A stretch of DNA of 62,772 bases, the filler included. It is 5 parts of 5 records of this genome, joined end to end, with 100 filler letters (N's around TTAATTAATTAA, not from the genome) between each part and the next. Parts side by side here need not be neighbours in the genome. Positions count along the whole stretch, not along the records: positions 40,711 to 54,769 come from SRR20825010_726; positions 54,870 to 62,772 come from SRR20825010_749; 3 more parts are not named here. The stretch is one strand, 5' to 3'. A model generated the notes under the pieces. That model searched no databases and was not told where the DNA came from. It worked only from the letters and a program-made list of their open reading frames with translations. A program made the translations under genes and the position numbers. Below, one piece after another: positions 50,002 to 59,387 of the stretch. Numbering within the stretch: the first letter of the stretch is position 1; each line of letters starts with the position of its first letter.

Positions 50002-51309
50002 ATGAACACAGCCATCAGCATACCGCGAGTTCGATCGGCGCGGTTGCCTGCGCGCCTTGTCAGTACACGCACGGGCTTGTATTTTGAGTGGGGTTTGAAC
50101 GCGCGCGCAAAGCTGCAGGAATCAGCTGCTGTGATACTGAGTGAAGAGGCGGCATGGAATTTGAAGGCAGCCTTGTTGCGTTCAGGCTGGCAGCCACCAC
50201 CCAGCATCCGTATTCCGGAAATACTGGAACATACCGCACTTGACTGCACAATTGAATCCACCAGTCTGCGCGACATTCAACGCGCCTGGACAGCGGCCTT
50301 GCGGCGGCGATTCGGGGTACACGTGTTCAAATTGTGTTTGCGTATTGTGCCCAGGCAAGCCACTTTGCTTGATTTAAGCCAGGTGGCGGCATGCCAATCG
50401 GTGTTGGTTAATCGCCTTGAGGAAAACCCCGCTTTGGCACCGCTTCTAGGCAATGATAGGGGTATGTGGAGCAACCTTCCCAACTGGCTGGTGCTTAAAA
50501 ATCGCATGTTGGCCCAAGGTTTAAGCCAGCAAGCCTGGCGTTGGCTTGCCCGCCAGAAAAAAGCATATGTTGCGCGCATTGACTGGTCGCAATTAAGCCA
50601 CTTGTGCTGGGTTAATTTTCATGCAGCTTTGGCCCGTGATATTCCAATCGCTTGGGTCGACAAACAAACCGCCGCTTTGCAGGGGTTCGGTGCCCTGGGC
50701 ACGTGGTTGCGTCGAAACCATGAGCACTTGACCACGGATGTGGCGCTGAATATTTTGCGGGGTGTTCGCCTAGCTTTGCAACGGCATGAAAACACGGCAA
50801 AGGCTGCGCACCAGCTTGAACTGGTGCAAGAGGAGTTTCCTTTGATCGCCGATTGGCTGCTGGGCAGTGCAGCCAGCTCAACCCAGCGCCGCGTGGTCAT
50901 TTCCCGCAACTGGACTTACGACACCTTGATGGCGCGCCAAACCCATTGGCATTTGATCGAACTGGATCTGGACATGAGCCGCCCGAATTTGTTTTGGCCC
51001 GAGGTGATTGGCATGGGCAGCGTGGGCAACAACATCGATTTTATTGAACTGACTTCACTGAACGCGTTGTTAAGCGAAGCCAAGAAGATGCACCATTGCG
51101 TGCCATCGTACATTGACCGTTGCATGACAGGCGATGTGTGTATTTTTCACCTGCAAATCAAAGGGCATGTGCCGCAGCGTGGCACACTGGAATTTCGACG
51201 CGCTGGTGCAAATGGCTGGCAAATCAGCCAACTAAAGGGCCCTTGCAACACCCCGGTTTCAAGCCAGTTGTGGACTGCTGCACACCTGTTGCTAAGTCGC
51301 TTGAATTAA
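50002..51309 (+). CDS. PcfJ-like domain protein
   Basis: C-terminal ELTSLNALLSEAKKMHHCVPSY...RGTLE...ISQLKGPCN matches the PcfJ pattern. Start uncertain. Confidence 0.75.
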   Translation: MNTAISIPRVRSARLPARLVSTRTGLYFEWGLNARAKLQESAAVILSEEAAWNLKAALLRSGWQPPPSIRIPEILEHTALDCTIESTSLRDIQRAWTAALRRRFGVHVFKLCLRIVPRQATLLDLSQVAACQSVLVNRLEENPALAPLLGNDRGMWSNLPNWLVLKNRMLAQGLSQQAWRWLARQKKAYVARIDWSQLSHLCWVNFHAALARDIPIAWVDKQTAALQGFGALGTWLRRNHEHLTTDVALNILRGVRLALQRHENTAKAAHQLELVQEEFPLIADWLLGSAASSTQRRVVISRNWTYDTLMARQTHWHLIELDLDMSRPNLFWPEVIGMGSVGNNIDFIELTSLNALLSEAKKMHHCVPSYIDRCMTGDVCIFHLQIKGHVPQRGTLEFRRAGANGWQISQLKGPCNTPVSSQLWTAAHLLLSRLN

Positions 51310-51331
51310 TGGGTTGAAGAACCTTTTTTGT

Positions 51332-51601
51332 TCAGGCCGCTTTGTCGTGTACGATTTCGAACGACTTCTGGGCTTGTTGAAATGACTTTTTTGCCTGGCG
51401 TGAGAATTCAGCCCAAGACATTTCAGTCATTTGAAAAAGAATCATGCGGGCGTACAGTTCCGCCAAACTGGCTGCCTGTGGGCACAGGGTCATTGTGTCC
51501 CGGGAGGATGGGTATTGTTGGCGCCAGTAATTGATTGCGCGTTCAATTTCAACAATTGAAACGGCATGGTTTGTGTCGTTTTGTACCTTGTTTGCTGGCA
51601 T
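51332..51601 (-). CDS. DUF3717 family small protein
   Basis: IERAINYWRQQYPS...LCPQAASLAELYARMI. Confidence 0.8.
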   Translation of the reverse strand: MPANKVQNDTNHAVSIVEIERAINYWRQQYPSSRDTMTLCPQAASLAELYARMILFQMTEMSWAEFSRQAKKSFQQAQKSFEIVHDKAA

Positions 51602-51649
51602 GGATGCACCTGCATTGAAAATAAGTAAAGCTTATTGTAAATCAAAAAG

Positions 51650-51665
51650 CTGTTTATTTATACAG
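51650..51665. promoter_or_regulatory. LexA (SOS) box
   Basis: CTGT-TTATTTAT-ACAG, extending to tatacagta, about 50 bp upstream of the DUF3717 start. Confidence 0.75.
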
Positions 51666-51705
51666 TATATTTTTCCGGGTGCAGTTGGGTTGCCGATCAC
51701 CCGGT

Positions 51706-52377
51706 TTAAAATATTTTCTTCAAGAAATTGGCAATTTCAACCACTTCTTCGCCACACACTGAATGGGCCATTGGGTAGCTGTGCCACTCCACAACAACGC
51801 CTTTGCTCCGTAGCAGGTTGACCGCTTTTTCACCGCGTTCTATCAGCACGATGTTGTCCTGCTCGCCATGCGCCGCCAGCACCGGGATGTTGATGTTGGC
51901 TTGGTTTAATTCGGTGTCCAGGGTCTCTTCGCAGGGCAGATAAGTAGACAGAGCAATCAAGCCTGCCAGCTTGTGCCGGGTGCGCAAGCCAGTTTGGTAA
52001 ACGATTGCACCGCCTTGAGAAAAACCGGCCAGTACAATTTTATCGGGCGTGAAGCCCAAGGCAATTTGATCGTTGATCAATTGTTCAACAGTGGCCTGGC
52101 TTTGGCGGATACCGTTTTCATCTTCCTGGCGTTGAAGGTCAACGTTTTTAATGTCGTACCACGCACGCATTACATAACCGCCGTTGATACTCACCGGAAT
52201 TTTCGGTGCGTGTGGAAATACAAAGCGGGTACTGGGCAAACCCATTTGCTCAAGCTCTTTGACGATGGGCACGAAGTCGTAGCCATCGGCACCCAGGCCG
52301 TGCAGCCAAATTACGCAGCCTGCCGGGTTCGGGCCTGTTTCAACAACAACACATTCAATATTTGAATCTAGGCTCAC
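51706..52377 (-). CDS. Phospholipase/carboxylesterase (Abhydrolase_2)
   Basis: WLHGLGADG, MRAWYDI, AGFSQGG, HGEQD, MAHSV. Confidence 0.93.
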   Translation of the reverse strand: MSLDSNIECVVVETGPNPAGCVIWLHGLGADGYDFVPIVKELEQMGLPSTRFVFPHAPKIPVSINGGYVMRAWYDIKNVDLQRQEDENGIRQSQATVEQLINDQIALGFTPDKIVLAGFSQGGAIVYQTGLRTRHKLAGLIALSTYLPCEETLDTELNQANINIPVLAAHGEQDNIVLIERGEKAVNLLRSKGVVVEWHSYPMAHSVCGEEVVEIANFLKKIF

Positions 52378-52994
52378 GGTGTATTTCCTTCAGCAGGTTT
52401 GTTTTCAGCGGGCTTACGTATGGCTGACTTGGGCCGAAACGCCTTGATTACGGCTTCATTGGTTTCCATGTAGGGGCCACCAATCAAATCGATGCAGTAG
52501 GGCACAGCTGCGAAAATTCCTTTCACCACGCTGTCGCCTTCCTTGTCTTTCAAGCCTTCAAGGGTTTCTGAAATGGCTTTGGGCTGACCCGGCAAATTCA
52601 GGATCAGACTTTCACCGCGAATAACGGCCACTTGTCGCGACAATATCGCCGTGGGCACGAAATGCAGGCTTATTTGGCGCATTTGTTCACCAAAACCTGG
52701 CATTTCCTTGTGGGCCACTGCCAAAGTGGCTTCAGGTGTTACGTCGCGTTTGGCAGGGCCAGTACCGCCCGTGGTGCAAATTAAATTGCATTGTTGTTCG
52801 TCAGCCAGTTTTTTCAAGGCGTTTTCAATTTCAGCCTGTTCGTCTGGAATCAAAACCTCAACAAACTCAATCGGGTTCAGCAACGCGTTTTGCAACCACG
52901 CTTTAAGGCTGGGAATACCCTGGTCTTGGTAAACACCAGCCGATGCCCTGTCACTGACCGACACCAAACCAATTTTTACAGCATCAAAATTCAT
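52374..52994 (-). CDS. mog: Molybdopterin adenylyltransferase
   Basis: SVSDRAS, TTGGTGPAKRDVTPEA, PTAILSRQ, NLPGQPK, VPYCIDL. Confidence 0.95.
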   Translation of the reverse strand: MNFDAVKIGLVSVSDRASAGVYQDQGIPSLKAWLQNALLNPIEFVEVLIPDEQAEIENALKKLADEQQCNLICTTGGTGPAKRDVTPEATLAVAHKEMPGFGEQMRQISLHFVPTAILSRQVAVIRGESLILNLPGQPKAISETLEGLKDKEGDSVVKGIFAAVPYCIDLIGGPYMETNEAVIKAFRPKSAIRKPAENKPAEGNTP

Positions 52995-53545
52995 GCTTCG
53001 TCTTCCTCGGCTTTTTCTTCGATCAAGCGGTAAATGATCTGAAACAGCTGTCGAAAATTGCGGGGGGCTTTCTTGGCAGCGCGTTCTTGAACGGCTTGCC
53101 GAATAATAGGGTTCAGGTTTTCTCGTGCAGCGGCTGGGAAGCTTTCAATGAAAGTAGCCAGCAGACCGGGCTCTTCAATCAAGCGATCGCGCCATTGTTC
53201 AGCAGCATGCAAATGCAGCACCTTGAGTTTTTGTTCGACAGTTTCGCCGTTGACCCAGGCCTGCACTTCCTCGTGTTCTTCGTCACGCATCAGCTTGCCG
53301 ATGAACTGCATTTGGCGTTTTTTCGCGCCAAATGATTTGCATTTGTGAAATTCTGCGATTTCGAGAAGCAGGCGCTCTCCGATCGGTGCCCGCTTGACTT
53401 TGTCATAGGGCATTTCGCACAAGGTTTTGCCCAAATCTTGCAGGGCCAGCATGTCTCGCTTCACCGAGGACTTGCTGGGGCGATCATATTCTTCAAACTC
53501 GCCCTGTTTTTCGTTTTCTGGTTCCATGGGCTGTATATTAGCCAT
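52991..53545 (-). CDS. yjgA: Ribosome biogenesis factor YjgA/DarP (DUF615)
   Basis: RPSKSSVKRDMLALQDLG, RQMQFIGKLMR, EQWRDRLI. Divergent from pmbA. Start uncertain. Confidence 0.9.
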   Translation of the reverse strand: MANIQPMEPENEKQGEFEEYDRPSKSSVKRDMLALQDLGKTLCEMPYDKVKRAPIGERLLLEIAEFHKCKSFGAKKRQMQFIGKLMRDEEHEEVQAWVNGETVEQKLKVLHLHAAEQWRDRLIEEPGLLATFIESFPAAARENLNPIIRQAVQERAAKKAPRNFRQLFQIIYRLIEEKAEEDEA

Positions 53546-53572
53546 TTTTGGCAGCACTTTTCGCAGGGTAAT

Positions 53573-54769
53573 ATGGGCTTTAGCTTTAAATCCGAGACAT
53601 TTCAGGAATTAACTGAATACGCATTGAAAAAAGCCAAGTCGCTGGGGGCTACCGATTGCGCGGTAGATATCAGCGAAGCGGTGGGTCAATCGGTTAGTGT
53701 ACGCATGGGCGAAATTGAAACCATTGAGCACACCCGAGACAAAAGCATCAGCCTTAGTGTGTTTGTGCGCAACAAGCGGGGCAATGCCTCGTCGTCCGAT
53801 TTCTCGCTGCAAGCCATCGATTCGGCCATCCGCGCAGCGCTGGATATCGCCAAATACACGGCAGCAGACAAATTCGCAGGCCTGCCTGACGAGGAAGATC
53901 TTGCCAAACGCCACCGCGATCTTGATTTGTATCACCCCTGGAACCTGAGCACTGCCAAAGCCGTTGAAAAAGCCTTGGTCATGGAGCAAGCGGCATTCGA
54001 TGTGAGCAAGCAGATTCGGAATTCCGATGGGGCCAATGTTTCCACTGAATCCGGGCACTTTTTTGCGGCCAACAGTAGGGGCTTCAAGGGGGGTTATCCA
54101 TATTCATCCCATTCCCTGTCTGTTTCGGTGATTGCTCAAGCCAAGAAATCGAAAGACAGCCCCATGCAACGCGATTATTGGCATTCCTCTGAACGCAAGG
54201 CCAGGGATTTGGCCAAACCTGCGAAAATCGGCGCGTATGCAGCGCAACGTACATTGGCCCGTTTGGGCTCCAGGCCGATTACCACCCGCAACTGCCCCGT
54301 TATTTTTGAGGCACCTGTTGCCGCCAGTCTGGTTAAAAACTATGTTCGCGCAGTATCCGGTCAATCGCAGTATCGAAAAACCAGTTTCTTGTTGAATGCG
54401 TTGGGCAAACAAGTGTGGGCACCGCACATCACCATCAAGGAAGATCCATTCATTTTGGGCGCGCATGGCAGCTCGCCTTTTGATGAAGAGGGCGTCAAGG
54501 TTAAAGCCCGCACCGTGGTGAAAAAGGGCATGTGCAATGGCTATTTTCTTTCAAGTTACTCCGCTCGCAAATTGGGCATGGAAAACACGGGCAATTCCGG
54601 CGGTACGCACAACCTGATTTTAAGCTCTACCAAAACAGTGCCTGGTGGTCTGGACGGGCTCTTGAAAACCATGGGCACCGGCTTGCTGGTGACCGAAATG
54701 ATGGGGCAGGGCGTCAATCCGGTAACTGGCGATTACTCTCGCGGGGCCTTTGGTTATTGGGTTGAGAAC
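53573..54769 (+). CDS. pmbA: Metalloprotease PmbA/TldE, truncated at contig end
   Basis: DLDLYHPW, MQRDYW, SPFDEEGV, SYSARKLG, GQGVNPVTGDYSRGA. Confidence 0.94.
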
Positions 54770-54869
54770 NNNNNNNNNNNNNNNNNNNNNNNNNNNNNNN
54801 NNNNNNNNNNNNNTTAATTAATTAANNNNNNNNNNNNNNNNNNNNNNNNNNNNNNNNNNNNNNNNNNNN
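54770..54869. other. Artificial contig spacer
   Basis: Same N/TTAATTAATTAA/N structure. Confidence 0.97.
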
Positions 54870-54974
54870 GAGTGGACCTACTGGAGCCACCCAGCCGCTC
54901 CTTAGCGCATCAAGTAACATGGTCTCCTCCTGCTGATCCACATGTGGTGGCGAAAGGTATATTCTCTTTTCCAT
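54870..54974 (-). CDS. DegT/DnrJ/EryC1/StrS (PglE-like) aminotransferase, N-terminal fragment (not in ORF track)
   Basis: MEKRIYLSPPHVDQQEETMLLDALRSGWVAPVGPL. ATG overlaps the TGA of the upstream sugar transferase. Confidence 0.85.
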
Positions 54975-55582
54975 CAGAGTAGGATCGGTTCTGATGAATC
55001 CATTTTGCCATGCGATGCAAAATGTCCGTCCGCCTCCCGAAATTTAAAAACCTGCTTAGCCGTTCTCAATAGAATTCTGAAATCAACCAAAAACGAAACC
55101 GTATTCACGTATTCCAGATCATACGCAATTTTATCATCAAAACTCAACTCATTTCTGCCCGAAACTTGTGCCAATCCGGTGATCCCTGGTTTCACAACGT
55201 GCCTTCGAGCCTGTGTTGTGGTGTAATTCTCCAAATATTCTACCAAAAGGGGCCTTGGGCCTATGAGACTCATTTCGCCCTTCAATACATTCATTAGTTG
55301 TGGCAACTCGTCCAGTGAACTCTTCCGCAAAAAATGACTGAATTTCCCTATCTCTCCGTTCGCTGGCCGAATAGTGCAAAATTTAATAAGGTAAAATAGC
55401 CTTTCGTCTTTACCAGGTCGTCGATGAAAATAAAAAACCGGTAAACCAATAAAAATGTTAATCAAACCAATAAACAACCACACCGGCAGCAAAACGACAA
55501 ACAAAAAGAGCGCAAAGAGCCATTCAAGAATTGGCTTCCAATATTTCAAATATAAGGACGTCTGCGCTCCCTTCATGATCAC
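54974..55582 (-). CDS. Bacterial sugar transferase (PglC-like phosphoglycosyl transferase)
   Basis: RPGK, LRKSSLDELPQL, GEMSLIGPRP, VKPGITGLAQVSGRN. Confidence 0.9.
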   Translation of the reverse strand: MIMKGAQTSLYLKYWKPILEWLFALFLFVVLLPVWLFIGLINIFIGLPVFYFHRRPGKDERLFYLIKFCTIRPANGEIGKFSHFLRKSSLDELPQLMNVLKGEMSLIGPRPLLVEYLENYTTTQARRHVVKPGITGLAQVSGRNELSFDDKIAYDLEYVNTVSFLVDFRILLRTAKQVFKFREADGHFASHGKMDSSEPILL

Positions 55583-55700
55583 AAAAATATTAATAACCGG
55601 ATCAATTGAGGATACTTTAGAAAATCAAAAGAATATTTCGCAAATTGTAACCTTATTGTATCTGATTTTTTTCAACCCGCTTTCATGCTTTAACCCAAAA

Positions 55701-58121
55701 ATGAAGACAGCTCGTTTCCTCTTTTTTTTAGTCATCACACTCATTCTGGCGATATCTCTTAACTCAACCATATCAAACGTCCCGCCTCTTGGAAAAATGC
55801 TCAGTCCATTCCAAGGATATCTGCAAAACATTGAGAACAAAAAGGACACAAATCTCGACCTGACATTCGATCAGCTTGAAGCTCCTGTAGAAATTTATTA
55901 CGACGATCTTATGATCCCGCACATCTATGCGGAAAATAACCACGACCTTTATTTTGCTCAGGGTTATGTGACTGCAAAAGACCGCCTTTGGCAAATGGAT
56001 TTCTTCTCCAGAGTCGTGATGGGAAGGCTGTCAGAAGTAATGGGGCCACAAACCAAAAACTATGATCGGCTCAATCGACGCATCGGATTGAAAAAAATGA
56101 CGAACCAGATGTGGGAAGTGGTTCAGGCCAACGAAGAGATAAATACAGCCATGACCGCCTATTCCGATGGTGTGAATGCCTACATAGAGGAGCTAAGTTA
56201 TGCCGATTACCCGATCGAATTCAAACTGTTAAATTATAAGCCTGAGGCATGGACGCCCGCAAAATCCTGCCTTGCTTATGCCATGCTTAGCAATACCTTG
56301 AGTAGAAGTGAATCTGATTTAGAGAACACCAATGCCCTAGCTCTCTTTGGTTCTGAGTTTTACGACAAGCTTTTTCCTGAACAGTTGGGTAACCTTGATC
56401 CGGTGTTACCAAAAGGAACTAAATGGCCGTTTGACGCAGTAAAGGCCAAAAAAGACTACAACAATTCGATTACAAAAACTGCTTCAACCATCGATAAACC
56501 AAACCCACTGTACGGTAGCAACAACTTCGTAGTTGCCGGATCAAAAACCAAAAGTGGGAATGTGCTTTTTGCAAACGAACCCGATTTGCAACTGACACAA
56601 CCCTCCATTTGGCACACCATTCATCAACATACAAGTGAAATCAACACTATGGGTGTAACTGTTCCGGGCACGCCTGTGATCCTGATCGGGTTTAATGACT
56701 CCATTGCGTGGGGAGTTACCAACTCGCCACGGGATCAGGTGGATTGGTATAAAATTCAATTTAGAGATGAAACCAGAAAAGAATATTGGTACAACAACCA
56801 ATGGTTCAAAACCGAAAGTGTAATTGAAGGAATTAAAATCAAAGGAGAAAAAACCTACTTCGACACCATCATCTATGTGCACCACGGGCCGGTGGTCTAT
56901 GACCGTAATTTTTACGGAGAAAACGAGAAAAACAACTATGCCATGAAGTGGATGGCTCATGATCCAGGCAATACCCTACAGGCCATGTATAAGGTGAATC
57001 GCTCAAAGAATTATCAGGAATTTGAGCAATCACTTCGCGAGTTTTCCGGCCCTCCACAAAACTTCCTGTTCGGGTCTAACAGCGGAGATATTGCCGTGGT
57101 GCTGCCAGGGACTTTTCCAATCAAAGCCGAAGGCAAAGGAAAATTCCTCATGGATGGTAGTAAAACCAGTGACGAATCAACAACGAACATCCCTTTCGAG
57201 CATGGGCTGAAACTAAAAAATCCTAGTCGTCAATTCCTTAGCTCGGCCAACCAACATCCCGTGGATTCCCTTTACCCCTATTACATTTATGACCACCATT
57301 TCGAATACAACAGAGGTCGTAGAATCAACGACCGATTAAGGGTAATCACTGAAATCACGCCGAAGGATATGATGAAATTGCAAAATGACAATTTCAACTA
57401 TCAGGCCTCAGAAAGTTTACCCGGGATGTTGGGCGGGTTAGACACGCTAAAATTCGGTACTTTTCAATGGGAATACTTCAAGACACTAAGAAGCTGGGAT
57501 TATTTCAATGAACCGGAGTTGAGCGAACCGACCATGTATCAATTGTGGTGGGAATTGCTTTATGCGAGCATTTGGGATGAATTTGATACGGTCAGTGTGC
57601 GAGTGAACAAACCAAACATCTACACCACTATCCACCTTCTGAACAATACACCCGAATTCCCATTTTTCAACCAAACTGGAACAACCAAGAATGAAACGGC
57701 ACGGGATTTATATCAATCTTCCTTTCTTCAAGCAGTGGACTCACTTGGTAAATGGGCACAGGCCAACAACAACGACATTCGCTGGTTTAACTTCAAAAAC
57801 ACCAAAGTAAGTCATTACCTTCCTCCCTTGAAGGCTTTTTCCAGAGATCATGTACCAATTGGTGGCGGAAAAGGAATCGTGAATGCCGCAAGCGAAACAG
57901 CAGGGCCCTCGTGGAGAATGGTAGTTGAACTGGACCCGAAAGGCACCAAGGCCTGGGGAATCTATCCGGGTAGTCAGACGGGAAACCCCGGCAGCCCCGA
58001 ATATGGGCATATGATTGATAAATGGGCCAAAGGCGAATACTTCGAGCTTGTTTTCGGTCAGGATATTTCAGATTCAGACAAAATCAAAACTAAATTCACC
58101 TTCAAACCATCCGACAAATGA
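55701..58121 (+). CDS. Penicillin acylase family (S45 Ntn-hydrolase)
   Basis: IPHIYA, QGYVTAKDRLWQMD, GSNNFVV nucleophile, SANQ, GPSWRMVV. Start placed at ATG 55701. Confidence 0.93.
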   Translation: MKTARFLFFLVITLILAISLNSTISNVPPLGKMLSPFQGYLQNIENKKDTNLDLTFDQLEAPVEIYYDDLMIPHIYAENNHDLYFAQGYVTAKDRLWQMDFFSRVVMGRLSEVMGPQTKNYDRLNRRIGLKKMTNQMWEVVQANEEINTAMTAYSDGVNAYIEELSYADYPIEFKLLNYKPEAWTPAKSCLAYAMLSNTLSRSESDLENTNALALFGSEFYDKLFPEQLGNLDPVLPKGTKWPFDAVKAKKDYNNSITKTASTIDKPNPLYGSNNFVVAGSKTKSGNVLFANEPDLQLTQPSIWHTIHQHTSEINTMGVTVPGTPVILIGFNDSIAWGVTNSPRDQVDWYKIQFRDETRKEYWYNNQWFKTESVIEGIKIKGEKTYFDTIIYVHHGPVVYDRNFYGENEKNNYAMKWMAHDPGNTLQAMYKVNRSKNYQEFEQSLREFSGPPQNFLFGSNSGDIAVVLPGTFPIKAEGKGKFLMDGSKTSDESTTNIPFEHGLKLKNPSRQFLSSANQHPVDSLYPYYIYDHHFEYNRGRRINDRLRVITEITPKDMMKLQNDNFNYQASESLPGMLGGLDTLKFGTFQWEYFKTLRSWDYFNEPELSEPTMYQLWWELLYASIWDEFDTVSVRVNKPNIYTTIHLLNNTPEFPFFNQTGTTKNETARDLYQSSFLQAVDSLGKWAQANNNDIRWFNFKNTKVSHYLPPLKAFSRDHVPIGGGKGIVNAASETAGPSWRMVVELDPKGTKAWGIYPGSQTGNPGSPEYGHMIDKWAKGEYFELVFGQDISDSDKIKTKFTFKPSDK

Positions 58122-58489
58122 AATTTGCAGCCAGACTGATCCTAATTGGGGTATTCACCTATTTATTATCTTTCTACGCTCCCTGGTGGATTGTAATCAT
58201 TTTATCGTTCATCATCAACTTCTTCATTCACGGATCAGGACTCAACTCCTTTATATCCGGCTTTCTAGGTGTCGGTGGCGTATGGCTGGGGTTTTCCTGG
58301 TATATTGACCTTAAAGCAGAATCCGTGTTTTCAAACCAAATCGTTCAAATGTTCCCGTTTGAAGATAGTATTTACTTAATTATACTTTCAGGATTGATCG
58401 GTGGTCTGTGTGGTGCTTTTGGATCCCTTACAGGAAATAGCTTCAAACTGATGTTTGTGAAGAAAAAGACAAAAGGGTTTTACAACTGA
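58118..58489 (+). CDS. Hypothetical membrane protein
   Basis: About 4 TMs, PWW motif, ATGA overlap with the acylase gene. Confidence 0.78.
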   Translation: MKFAARLILIGVFTYLLSFYAPWWIVIILSFIINFFIHGSGLNSFISGFLGVGGVWLGFSWYIDLKAESVFSNQIVQMFPFEDSIYLIILSGLIGGLCGAFGSLTGNSFKLMFVKKKTKGFYN

Positions 58490-58526
58490 AAACCAAAATG
58501 AATCAGAGCAATCGTTCTTGAGGGGA

Positions 58527-58982
58527 TTAAAAATCTAAGCTGAGTTTTTTGCGAATGACGTCAAGAATTTGATCTTGCTTTTCGTAAAGCGAAATAATCT
58601 TAAACTTTTGCTCTACGTTTTCCTCCAAAATTGCAGAAATAAGCTCCTCTATTTCATCCAGGCTTGGATGCTCTCCTACTTCTTCTTTAAGAGCCGCAAT
58701 TAAAGCTGATATCCGCTTTTCAACTTTAATGTAACCAGGCTCGATATCATGAGTCATTACTCCCTTTTTCCATACCTCACCATCTCCATTGAGCAGCCAA
58801 TTGGCATTGACAGTTTGGTAAGCCAGAATAATTTTTTGAAGTACATCGAAACTGGGCTTGCTTCTCCTTCCTTTGACAATGTTATAAATGACGGTCCCTT
58901 TAACACCAATTGCATCTGCGAATGAGTTTGGATTCATCTGCAGTTTAACAATCAACTCAGAAATTCTGTCATTTATTTCCAT
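58527..58982 (-). CDS. XRE/phage-repressor-like HTH regulator with C-terminal coiled coil
   Basis: RISEL...NSFADAIGV...IYNIVKGRRSKPSFD...NANWLLNGDGE. TATCTTTG -7 element at 59001-59008. Confidence 0.87.
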   Translation of the reverse strand: MEINDRISELIVKLQMNPNSFADAIGVKGTVIYNIVKGRRSKPSFDVLQKIILAYQTVNANWLLNGDGEVWKKGVMTHDIEPGYIKVEKRISALIAALKEEVGEHPSLDEIEELISAILEENVEQKFKIISLYEKQDQILDVIRKKLSLDF

Positions 58983-59019
58983 TAGAACACCATTGATACA
59001 CAAAGATAAGAGGTTTAAT

Positions 59020-59051
59020 AAAAAGAAAGGGTTACTTGAGGTAACCCTTTC
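59020..59051 (-). terminator. Intrinsic terminator (minus strand) upstream of the HTH gene
   Basis: Perfect 11-bp stem gaaagggttac/gtaaccctttc, 5-nt loop, followed by a U-run on the minus strand. Confidence 0.78.
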
Positions 59052-59103
59052 CATTAAGAACCAGCTATGGAAAATAGATACTCACTATCCATGACACAAG
59101 TAT

Positions 59104-59164
59104 ACTATCATTTGATAGTTAAAACAAAGGTATAAGAGATAATTTATTATCAAATGATAATAAA
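59104..59164 (-). promoter_or_regulatory. Bacteroidetes-type promoter flanked by two TATCA-N2-TGATA palindromes
   Basis: actatca-tt-tgatagt (59104-59119) and tttattatca-aa-tgataataaa (59143-59164). TACCTTTG (-7) at 59125-59132 and TTTG (-33) at 59151-59154 on the minus strand. Confidence 0.7.
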
Positions 59165-59189
59165 AAAGGCTATGCACTGAGCATAGCCT
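59161..59189 (-). terminator. Second minus-strand intrinsic terminator
   Basis: aggctatgc-actga-gcatagcct stem-loop preceded by an A-run on the plus strand. Confidence 0.68.
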
Positions 59190-59387
59190 CCATTTTCCAC
59201 CGCCGATCTTAATATGATCTGCATTCAATTTAGCTCTTGATTACCTGATTTACAACATTTTATCAAAATTTTGATTTAAGTAAAGTGCTCCTTCCTTCAG
59301 TTTCCCACTTTATTGCTTCATTCCTGTGATAACTATGATTATGAATTAGATATTTGCTAATTTCAACCCGAGCAAACCCAGCAGGTT

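Noticed and set aside
49885..50276. Apparent ~390-bp head-to-head overlap of crotonase and PcfJ-like ORFs
   Set aside because: Caused by over-extended starts. Likely starts (49979 and 50002) do not overlap.
55455..55700. N-terminal extension of the penicillin acylase overlapping the sugar transferase
   Set aside because: The signal-anchor-like sequence begins at ATG 55701, so the extension is an ORF-caller artefact.
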